Virus record (IMG/VR): IMGVR_UViG_3300002301_000008
Coordinates: 1 to 32,962 of that record
Reading direction: 5' to 3' (one strand)
DNA length: 32,962 nucleotides
Source: a virus
Below the pieces are notes generated by a model. It saw only the letters and a list, made by a program, of their open reading frames with translations. It had not been told where the DNA came from and did not search any database. Positions 24,964 through 30,908 of this stretch are shown here, piece after piece. Position numbers and translations under genes: made by a program. Every line of letters begins with the position of its first letter. Position 1 is the first letter of the stretch.

Positions 24964-25278
24964 ATGAAACTATATAGAGAAGAACAAGTAAGGATAGCAA
25001 TTGATATTGCTTTAAATGGTATTAATCAATATTATACTCCAATTATTAACAGAATTAAACCAATAGAACTACCAAATGATGAGGACATATTAGAAGAATG
25101 TAATAAACTACCATTTGAAAAGCACGTTGATTGTGGAATGTATAATGATGGACAAGTAGATGGATTTGAATTAGGTGCTAAATGGATGAGAGAACATATA
25201 CTTGGCAAAGAGGATAAAACTTTTAAACAGAAGTCTAAATGGACAGAAGTAGATAATATGACAAGACAATTAAAATAA
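24964..25278 (+). CDS. Hypothetical protein, a mosaic paralogue of early gene 2219..2539
   Basis: The ORF track gives 104 aa. It shares MKLY.EEQVR, PIELP.DE and the identical C-terminus ILGKEDKTFKQKSKWTEVDNMTR. Confidence 0.65.
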   Translation: MKLYREEQVRIAIDIALNGINQYYTPIINRIKPIELPNDEDILEECNKLPFEKHVDCGMYNDGQVDGFELGAKWMREHILGKEDKTFKQKSKWTEVDNMTRQLK

Positions 25279-25301
25279 ATAACCTATAACAAACCAATAT
25301 T

Positions 25302-25550
25302 ATGACACCAATACAAGACTTAATGCAATGGATGGAATCAAATGAGTTTAAAGTAAACAATCCTTTTATAGTTAAAATAAACGAATGTCTTGAAGATGAA
25401 AGAGGTAATATGGTTAAACTATTAAGATGGGTATTAAAGAACTATAATACAGGAACTGACATTGAAGGAATGTTTATGTGGGAAAATCCAATAGGAGAGG
25501 AATTTGATTCAATGCAATTAGTAGATGAGTATATAAAACGAAACCTATAA
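25302..25550 (+). CDS. Hypothetical small protein
   Basis: The ORF track gives 82 aa. Confidence 0.5.
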   Translation: MTPIQDLMQWMESNEFKVNNPFIVKINECLEDERGNMVKLLRWVLKNYNTGTDIEGMFMWENPIGEEFDSMQLVDEYIKRNL

Positions 25551-25563
25551 CAATTAACATATA

Positions 25564-25571
25564 TTTGTAAA
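25564..25571 (+). promoter_or_regulatory. Candidate -7 box TATATTTG (extended TATATTTGTAAAAAA)
   Basis: It matches TAnnTTTG, with 11 nt between the box and ATG 25583. It shares ATTTGTAAAAAA with the site at 11454. Confidence 0.35.
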
Positions 25572-25582
25572 AAATCAATCAA

Positions 25583-25969
25583 ATGAAATATCAACAACTC
25601 AACACTTTAGTCGCATCAATTAATGCGGTTATCGGTTCACAGGAAACAAAAGTTCAAAAAAAATTATTCAAATTGTATGAAAAAGTCAAATCCCACCACG
25701 AAAGCTATCAAGCCCAAGTTGAAGAACTCCGCCTTGATAACGCATCAACCGATGATAAAGACATTTTATTATTGGATGAAAAAAATGGTTACAAGTTTAC
25801 TAAAGAAAGTATCAAGAAGCTAACTGCTCAAGTAAAGGAACTAGGAGAAAAAGAGTTTGAGTTTAAACCTATTGAGATTATTAACACAAATGGTCTAGAA
25901 AACTTTACTTTCCTTGAGAACTGGACTACAGGTATCACATTTGTTAAAGAAGAAGAAGAGGAATTGTAA
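25583..25969 (+). CDS. Hypothetical protein with an acidic C-terminus
   Basis: The ORF track gives 128 aa. Confidence 0.5.
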   Translation: MKYQQLNTLVASINAVIGSQETKVQKKLFKLYEKVKSHHESYQAQVEELRLDNASTDDKDILLLDEKNGYKFTKESIKKLTAQVKELGEKEFEFKPIEIINTNGLENFTFLENWTTGITFVKEEEEEL

Positions 25970-26181
25970 TGAACGCAACTTTATTTATTATTGGTCAGGC
26001 AATAGTTATTGTTATCGGACTAATTGGAATTTACGTTAAGATAAGTCTTAAACTAAAAGAATTAGAAATCCGTGTGAGTATGGTTGAAAAGCAAGATGAC
26101 CAAATCTATAAAAAGCTAGACCATATCCTTGACCAAATAAATAAACTTTCTATTGCGTTGCAAAACAAACAAGACCGATAA
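25969..26181 (+). CDS. Membrane protein with an N-terminal TM segment plus coiled coil; holin-like or i-spanin-like lysis accessory
   Basis: LFIIGQAIVIVIGLIGIYV is a TM segment followed by a heptad-like helix. The gene is in the lysis cluster and has an ATGA-type overlap with its neighbour. Confidence 0.45.
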   Translation: MNATLFIIGQAIVIVIGLIGIYVKISLKLKELEIRVSMVEKQDDQIYKKLDHILDQINKLSIALQNKQDR

Positions 26182-26714
26182 TGAGAGACATTGTAATTAC
26201 TTTGGTGATTGCAGTAATACTTATCTTCATCTTTAACGGAAGGTACAACGGAAATGAGCCTACAATAGTAACGCATACCGATACTATTTATAAGCACGAC
26301 ATAACGAAGAAATATATTAAAGGGGATTCTATCCCTTTTGTCGTTTTAGGTATTGATACAACCTTAATCCACGATACTGTACGTATAGTTTTAGATTATG
26401 CGTACGTACGAGCCTATTCGGACACTATAAAGGTGGATTCTAGTACTTTTATAATTAACGATACCATCTCCCAAAACAAGATAAAAAATCGTGGTTTTTA
26501 CGCAGACATAAGTCAAAAAACGATAAAAGTGGAAACTATTAGGACAACACCATCCAAAAATGAGCTTTATTGGGGTATATTAGCCGATTTAAGGACATTT
26601 GACAATAAAGTGGGGATAGGTGTTGGCTTAGGCTTAAAAACGTCTAAAAAGGGCTTATTTACAATATCAGCTACTACTAATCAATATTCAATCGGATTTT
26701 ACACTAAATTTTAA
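26181..26714 (+). CDS. N-terminally anchored protein with a beta-rich C-terminal region ending in an OMP-like aromatic signal (...YSIGFYTKF); possible envelope-spanning lysis component
   Basis: The TM segment is IVITLVIAVILIFIF. The C-terminus has alternating hydrophobic residues and a terminal Phe. Confidence 0.4.
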   Translation: MRDIVITLVIAVILIFIFNGRYNGNEPTIVTHTDTIYKHDITKKYIKGDSIPFVVLGIDTTLIHDTVRIVLDYAYVRAYSDTIKVDSSTFIINDTISQNKIKNRGFYADISQKTIKVETIRTTPSKNELYWGILADLRTFDNKVGIGVGLGLKTSKKGLFTISATTNQYSIGFYTKF

Positions 26715-26718
26715 TATT

Positions 26719-26922
26719 ATGTTCAGCTTTAAAGATTTTATTCTATCTACCTTTTCGGATGAAAGAGGTTCTATTTCCCACAAAAGGATTTTAGCTACAA
26801 TTGGTGCAATTATTCTTTTTGTAGTTTATATTATTAGCAAGGATTCTCATCTAGCAGATTTAATATTTTATTTTGTTTGTGCTTGTATGGGGTTAGCTAC
26901 AATAGATAAGTTTACAAAATGA
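26719..26922 (+). CDS. Holin candidate (two TM segments)
   Basis: The protein is 67 aa with TM segments ILATIGAIILFVVYII and LIFYFVCACMGLATI. It lies just upstream of the endolysin. Confidence 0.5.
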   Translation: MFSFKDFILSTFSDERGSISHKRILATIGAIILFVVYIISKDSHLADLIFYFVCACMGLATIDKFTK

Positions 26923-26996
26923 GAGAGCAAACAATTTTAAAAGGAGCATTACTATTATGGTTTATATTATTTATATATTTTATATATGCTAAGTAA
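26919..26996 (+). CDS. Tiny TM peptide (25 aa, MREQTILKGALLLWFILFIYFIYAK)
   Basis: Manual translation. It has an ATGA overlap with the holin candidate and overlaps the endolysin start. Confidence 0.3.
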   Translation: MREQTILKGALLLWFILFIYFIYAK

Positions 26997-27591
26997 AAAA
27001 TCGGTTGATTTAATTATTCAGTTTGAGGTTGGAGGTAGAGCATTTTATGATAAGAAGCTACAAAGCCCTATTTGGGCTGGAGGTGATAGTGGTATCACGA
27101 TTGGGCTAGGATATGATGTTGGTTATGTAAGCGAAAAGCAGTTTTTTTTAGATTGGGGTAATAAACTTACTCCTAACTTTTTAGAGCCATTAAGGAAGGT
27201 TGTAGGTCTTAAAGGACAACAAGCTAAACAAATGCTTAGAGGGGAATTGTTACAAGTTAAAATCTCATATAATACGGCTTATGAAGTTTTCGTTAAATGT
27301 TCAGTACCTAAATATTTTAAGTTAACTAAGGCAATATACCCAGAACTAGAAACATTAAATGAGGACACTCAGGGTGCTTTGGTTTCTATGGTTTACAATA
27401 GAGGAAACAAGTTAGAAGGAGACTCAAGAATTGAGATGAAGGCAATAGTTGAGATGGTTAAGAACAAAGACTATGAAGGAATAGCAGAGGAAATAGAAAA
27501 GAGCAAAAGACTTTGGGAAAGTAAAGGATTGGACGGATTAGTGAAAAGAAGGGAAGCAGAGGCAGATTTGGTAAGGGAATCAATAGCATAA
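26986..27591 (+). CDS. Endolysin, lysozyme-like (GH24 / T4-lysozyme superfamily pattern)
   Basis: It contains FEVGG ... GITIGLGYD ... ALVSMVYNRG ... GLVKRREAEADL, i.e. the catalytic Glu, the TIGxG motif and the GL..RR..E motif. Confidence 0.75.
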   Translation: MLSKKSVDLIIQFEVGGRAFYDKKLQSPIWAGGDSGITIGLGYDVGYVSEKQFFLDWGNKLTPNFLEPLRKVVGLKGQQAKQMLRGELLQVKISYNTAYEVFVKCSVPKYFKLTKAIYPELETLNEDTQGALVSMVYNRGNKLEGDSRIEMKAIVEMVKNKDYEGIAEEIEKSKRLWESKGLDGLVKRREAEADLVRESIA

Positions 27592-27605
27592 CAAAAACCT
27601 AAAAT

Positions 27606-28355
27606 ATGGCAACTTCAAAAACGCTTCAAACCAAGCGTAGAAGACTATTTTTCGACATCGAAACAAGTCCAAACATCGGTTTGTTTTGGGAGGCAGGATA
27701 CAAAAAGAACATTGATTACTCAAACATTATTCAAGAACGTGCAATAATTTGCATATGTTATAAATGGGAAGATGAAAAAGAAGTTTATGCCCTTCAATGG
27801 GATTCTAAGCAAAATGATAAAGCAATGCTCCTTAAATTTATTGAGGTGGCAAATCTATCCAATGAAATGGTTGGACACAATGGCGACAAATTTGACTTGG
27901 CTTGGATTAGAACAAGATGTTTATTTCATCACATACCAATGTTTCCAAAATATCTAACGATTGATACTCTTAAAGTAGCAAGACAAAAGTTTAGATTTAA
28001 TTCAAATAGACTTAATTACATAGCTGATTTCTTAGGTTTAGGTCAAAAGATTAAGACCGAATATTCACTTTGGAAGGACATTCTTTTGCACAAGGATAAG
28101 ATTGCAATGGAAAAGATGATTAAATATTGCAAAAAAGATGTTGTTTTGTTAGAGAAAGTATTTGCTGAATTAAAGAATCATATTGAACCTAAAACGCATT
28201 ATGGAGTAATTTTTGGAGAAGATAGAGGCACTTGTCCTGAATGTGGAAGTGATGATTTAATAAGGAATAACAAAGTAGTTACTGCGACAGGATTAACCAG
28301 GATACAATATAAATGCAATACTTGTAGTAAATATCATAGTAAAACCGATAAATAA
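27606..28355 (+). CDS. DnaQ/RNase H-like 3'-5' exonuclease with a C-terminal zinc ribbon
   Basis: It contains LFFDIETSP (ExoI), GHNGDKFD (ExoII) and KYCKKDV (ExoIII), followed by CPECG...CNTC. Confidence 0.7.
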   Translation: MATSKTLQTKRRRLFFDIETSPNIGLFWEAGYKKNIDYSNIIQERAIICICYKWEDEKEVYALQWDSKQNDKAMLLKFIEVANLSNEMVGHNGDKFDLAWIRTRCLFHHIPMFPKYLTIDTLKVARQKFRFNSNRLNYIADFLGLGQKIKTEYSLWKDILLHKDKIAMEKMIKYCKKDVVLLEKVFAELKNHIEPKTHYGVIFGEDRGTCPECGSDDLIRNNKVVTATGLTRIQYKCNTCSKYHSKTDK

Positions 28356-28540
28356 TGAAAATGCCAAAAAATTGGAATAAACTTAACTTAGCTGAACAAG
28401 AAAGTTGGTTAGTTAAAAAGTATCAAGAAATGATTAGTGAAGTAGAATCAGTTTCTAAGATGTTAGCCAAATTAAGAGGTGGACAAAGAATAGTCGTAAA
28501 GGAAATTGAAAGACCTGATGAAGCTTTACTTAAAGCGTGA
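28355..28540 (+). CDS. Hypothetical small helical protein
   Basis: The ORF track gives 61 aa. It has a TAATG overlap (1 nt) upstream and a GTGA overlap downstream. Confidence 0.5.
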   Translation: MKMPKNWNKLNLAEQESWLVKKYQEMISEVESVSKMLAKLRGGQRIVVKEIERPDEALLKA

Positions 28541-28806
28541 GAATAAAAATAATATATAAAAAATTGGGCAAAGAGAAAGTTCACGGACTTGCTTGGAGTG
28601 ATGGTGATATATATTTAGACCCTCGTTTAAAGGGCAAGAAACACTGCGAAATTTTGATTCACGAAGTATTACACCTATTGAACCCAATGGATAGTGAACA
28701 AGCTATAATTAAGAAATCAATAACTTTGACTAAGATTTTGTGGGCAGAAGGATATAGAAGGGTTGATAATTCAAATGATATGCCTTTGCAGGATGGCAGT
28801 ATTTAG
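28537..28806 (+). CDS. Small HExxH protein; putative zinc metallopeptidase
   Basis: The protein is 89 aa with a GTG start. It contains ILIHEVLHLL, an HExxH motif, preceded by GLAWSDGDIYLDPRL. Confidence 0.5.
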   Translation: MRIKIIYKKLGKEKVHGLAWSDGDIYLDPRLKGKKHCEILIHEVLHLLNPMDSEQAIIKKSITLTKILWAEGYRRVDNSNDMPLQDGSI

Positions 28807-28833
28807 GTTGTTTTTTTCTTGTTCATAACGGTT

Positions 28834-28862
28834 CTCCTCAGTGTAAAAGCTGGGGAGTTTTT
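28834..28862 (+). terminator. Intrinsic terminator 1 at the end of the late operon
   Basis: The stem pairs ctcctcag (28834..28841) with ctggggag (28850..28857): 8 bp including one G-U. The loop is 8 nt, followed by TTTTT. Confidence 0.75.
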
Positions 28863-28896
28863 ATTATATTTGTGTTTAGATTATACTAATGGTTAC

Positions 28897-28928
28897 GGAG
28901 GCTTGTTTTTACTTGCCTCCCTTTTTTT
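28897..28928 (+). terminator. Intrinsic terminator 2
   Basis: The stem pairs ggaggc (28897..28902) with gcctcc (28915..28920). The loop is 12 nt, followed by cTTTTTTT. Confidence 0.6.
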
Positions 28929-28956
28929 GTTATAACATTAATTAGTTATAACTTTA
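28926..28956 (+). promoter_or_regulatory. Promoter-like element for the moron gene: -33 TTTG (28926..28929), 19-nt spacer, -7 TAACTTTA (28949..28956). It is overlapped by two GTTATAAC palindromes (28929..28936 and 28945..28952).
   Basis: Read directly. The spacing fits the Bacteroidota consensus. The last base of the -7 box is A rather than G. Four nt separate the box from ATG 28961. Confidence 0.4.
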
Positions 28957-28960
28957 TTTT

Positions 28961-29146
28961 ATGGACAATAAAACTAAAGAACAACCTAAAGAAGTTGAAA
29001 TAACTAGATTGGAAGTAATTAACCACGCTAAGAATGATAAGCCAATAGGAAGGATATTGACCTTATACAAGGAATTGGGGGATTTTACTTCAATTGAATT
29101 GTCATATCAGGATGGCAAAAGGACTTTAAAGATATTCTTAGGTTAG
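28961..29146 (+). CDS. Insulated small gene (moron-like) of unknown function
   Basis: The ORF track gives 61 aa. Two terminators lie upstream and an 11-bp-stem hairpin lies downstream. Confidence 0.5.
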   Translation: MDNKTKEQPKEVEITRLEVINHAKNDKPIGRILTLYKELGDFTSIELSYQDGKRTLKIFLG

Positions 29147-29157
29147 TTTATCCCTTA

Positions 29158-29189
29158 AAAGTAACATAACAATACCTATATGTTACTTT
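29158..29189. repeat. Perfect 11-bp inverted repeat, aaagtaacata ... tatgttacttt, with a 10-nt loop; a hairpin or protein-binding palindrome
   Basis: Read directly: arms at 29158..29168 and 29179..29189. No clean U-tract follows. Confidence 0.6.
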
Positions 29190-29196
29190 AATGACA

Positions 29197-29213
29197 CATT
29201 ATGCGACATTTTG
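29197..29213 (+). repeat. Fourth copy of the CATTATGCGACATTTTG motif
   Basis: It matches 24881..24898 apart from one extra A there. Confidence 0.6.
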
Positions 29214-29349
29214 CATATCTAAAAGTGCTTTTTTGTGAAAATATCACAATTTATTATAATTTAGGTACAACAAGAATTTATAGTGTTCACGAACCCGTAA
29301 AAGGTTTAAAAATGTGAACATTGTCGCAGTATTACTACTGACTTTGGCA

Positions 29350-29406
29350 ATTTGCACCCATTTATATTCATTTGCACCTATTTGTAACAAATTTGACCTT
29401 TTATAT
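29350..29406 (+). repeat. Iteron-like direct repeats ATTTGCACCYATTTRT (two good copies and one degenerate copy; period 20-21 bp)
   Basis: The copies are 29350..29365 atttgcacccatttat, 29370..29385 atttgcacctatttgt and 29391..29406 atttgaccttttatat. Confidence 0.6.
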
Positions 29407-29447
29407 GTTACAAGATATAACAAGACCAATTTAAACAATTAACAAAT

Positions 29448-29479
29448 TATGTCACAATTATTTGAAAATTAGTGACATA
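29448..29479. repeat. Inverted repeat tatgtcac-N16-gtgacata
   Basis: Read directly. The 8-bp perfect arms lie at 29448..29455 and 29472..29479, with an AT-rich spacer. Confidence 0.6.
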
Positions 29480-29490
29480 TCTAGCCTAAT

Positions 29491-29504
29491 AATGTTACAA
29501 CATT
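29491..29504. repeat. Palindrome aatgtt-ac-aacatt
   Basis: Read directly. It shares half-sites with 29567..29582. Confidence 0.5.
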
Positions 29505-29566
29505 TTACATATTACACCCTAACTATTTAACATATTGTACAGTTTTTTATGCAATAAACTAGACAA

Positions 29567-29582
29567 AACATTCTACAATGTT
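29567..29582. repeat. Palindrome aacatt-ctac-aatgtt
   Basis: Read directly. Confidence 0.5.
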
Positions 29583-29653
29583 CCCAAATTGGTTACAAAG
29601 TTCTCTAATAGTAAACTTTATAAATCACAAAAGTTACCCAATAAGGCAACTTT

Positions 29654-29680
29654 GAGCCGTAAATAACCGATAATCGGCTC
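29654..29680 (+). other. Hairpin gagccg...cggctc followed by atttta
   Basis: It has a 6-bp stem and a 15-nt loop, about 35 nt upstream of the early promoter. Confidence 0.35.
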
Positions 29681-29713
29681 ATTTTAGACTGATAAAAAGA
29701 AATTTAAATAATT

Positions 29714-29745
29714 TTTGGTTAGTAATGTAATTGTTTATATCTTTG
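29714..29745 (+). promoter_or_regulatory. Early promoter candidate: -33 TTTG (29714..29717), 20-nt spacer, -7 TATCTTTG (29738..29745)
   Basis: Both elements match the Bacteroidota sigma-A consensus at consensus spacing. The first early ATG lies at 29767. Confidence 0.5.
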
Positions 29746-29766
29746 TTGAAACAAAACCAAATTAGT

Positions 29767-29991
29767 ATGAAAACTCAACAATCAACAACAACTTACAAAG
29801 TAAACGGATGGTTAATGACCAAAAACCAAGAAACTTGGGATATGGAAAGAAAATCATTTGTATCTAATGTTATTGCACTTTCAATATTAAAAGATATTGA
29901 TAATAGCGAAGACAGAGAATTTTTTGAATGTGAAATTGCACTTCAATTTAAATGTGATTATTTTGAATTAGACAGTTTTAAAATTAATTAA
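29767..29991 (+). CDS. First early gene, hypothetical (74 aa from ATG 29767; the track uses TTG 29731)
   Basis: ATG 29767 sits in the recurrent AAAACCA..AGTATGAAA start context. Confidence 0.5.
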   Translation: MKTQQSTTTYKVNGWLMTKNQETWDMERKSFVSNVIALSILKDIDNSEDREFFECEIALQFKCDYFELDSFKIN

Positions 29992-30008
29992 TTATAAAAA
30001 CCAAAAGT

Positions 30009-30188
30009 ATGAAACCTGTATTAGCTTACGAAAACAATTTTTACCCTTACAATGGGCAGTTTATCCCTCAAGGAGGCGATAACGTTTTCCTTGATTATGA
30101 AATTGACGGAACTAGATTTTTCCTTATCAAATTCCGCACCATTGACCTAGCCAATAACCAAATCATTTTATCAATCGTTAAACTCTAA
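30009..30188 (+). CDS. Sub-threshold ORF (59 aa, MKPVLAYENNFYPYNGQFIPQGGDNVFLDYEIDGTRFFLIKFRTIDLANNQIILSIVKL)
   Basis: Manual translation. It has the same start context (aaaaaccaaaagtATGaaa) and fills an otherwise empty gap. Confidence 0.5.
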   Translation: MKPVLAYENNFYPYNGQFIPQGGDNVFLDYEIDGTRFFLIKFRTIDLANNQIILSIVKL

Positions 30189-30190
30189 TT

Positions 30191-30283
30191 ATGAATCCAG
30201 ATAGTTTTGAAATCAAAGGAATAAAAGCAGTAATAGTAATAGTATTATGCTTAGTGATAGCAATGTTAGCCGATAACTTATAA
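30191..30283 (+). CDS. Tiny TM peptide (30 aa)
   Basis: Manual translation gives MNPDSFEIKGIKAVIVIVLCLVIAMLADNL. Confidence 0.3.
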   Translation: MNPDSFEIKGIKAVIVIVLCLVIAMLADNL

Positions 30284-30293
30284 ACCCAAATAA

Positions 30294-30443
30294 ATGAAAG
30301 TAGAAAAAAAAGAAGTGGTCTGCATTAGACTACCTGAATCAATCAAAAAGAAAGTAGATGCCGAAGCTAAAAAAATGTATTTAGCACCTAGTAAATTAGT
30401 ATCCATAATTGTACAAAAATATTACGAAACCAAAAACCAATAG
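30294..30443 (+). CDS. Ribbon-helix-helix (Arc/CopG-like) DNA-binding protein
   Basis: Manual translation gives 49 aa: MKVEKKEVVCIRLPESIKKKVDAEAKKMYLAPSKLVSIIVQKYYETKNQ. The layout is a beta-strand followed by two helices. Confidence 0.5.
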   Translation: MKVEKKEVVCIRLPESIKKKVDAEAKKMYLAPSKLVSIIVQKYYETKNQ

Positions 30444-30444
30444 T

Positions 30445-30741
30445 ATGAAACTAGATTATCAAGGGAAACAACTAAAGTTACACAAAAGAGCAACTTGTTT
30501 GCTGGAACTTTTAAAGAAAGCTCAAGGAGAACAGGCAAGGCAAGAGAAGTTATTAGCGGAATGGAGAGCAGCAGGGCATTTTGATAATGTCCGTTTATTC
30601 ACTCACGAAAATAATTACCTGATAAGGATTGCTGAATTGAATGACATACAAAAGAGAATCCTTAAAAGCTATTATTGGCTTATTGTAGAATTATATTCTA
30701 TAAGTGAGAACTTTATGTTACCAGTAAATGTTATACAATGA
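30445..30741 (+). CDS. Hypothetical helical protein (98 aa from ATG 30445; the track uses TTG 30409)
   Basis: The ATG lies 1 nt after the RHH stop in the AGTATGAAA context. Confidence 0.5.
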   Translation: MKLDYQGKQLKLHKRATCLLELLKKAQGEQARQEKLLAEWRAAGHFDNVRLFTHENNYLIRIAELNDIQKRILKSYYWLIVELYSISENFMLPVNVIQ

Positions 30742-30908
30742 GTTATGTAGATAATACCAAATCGGAGTTGCATCGTCTGATTTACATCCTAGAAACCGAA
30801 AACGAGATGCTAAGAAACCAAATTATAAAACTTAAAATAGAAAAAAATGAACTACTGGACAATGCCATCATTAAAGGAAAGAGAGAAAGCAATGAGAAAG
30901 AGGCTTGA
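30738..30908 (+). CDS. Sub-threshold coiled-coil ORF (56 aa)
   Basis: Manual translation gives MSYVDNTKSELHRLIYILETENEMLRNQIIKLKIEKNELLDNAIIKGKRESNEKEA. It has an ATGA overlap upstream. Confidence 0.4.
   Translation: MSYVDNTKSELHRLIYILETENEMLRNQIIKLKIEKNELLDNAIIKGKRESNEKEA

Noticed and set aside
29244-29438. Minus-strand 64-aa ORF in the non-coding hub, the only place a divergent repressor-type gene could sit
   Set aside because: The sequence (MFKLVLLYLVTYKRSNLL...) has no HTH or other motif. It runs straight through the iterons and palindromes and has no promoter-like element. It is more likely non-coding DNA.
29731-29766. TTG-initiated 5' extensions used by the ORF track (29731 and 30409; also 31987 and 32222)
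   Set aside because: In each case a downstream ATG sits in one of the two conserved start contexts, and the extension would overlap an upstream gene or promoter.
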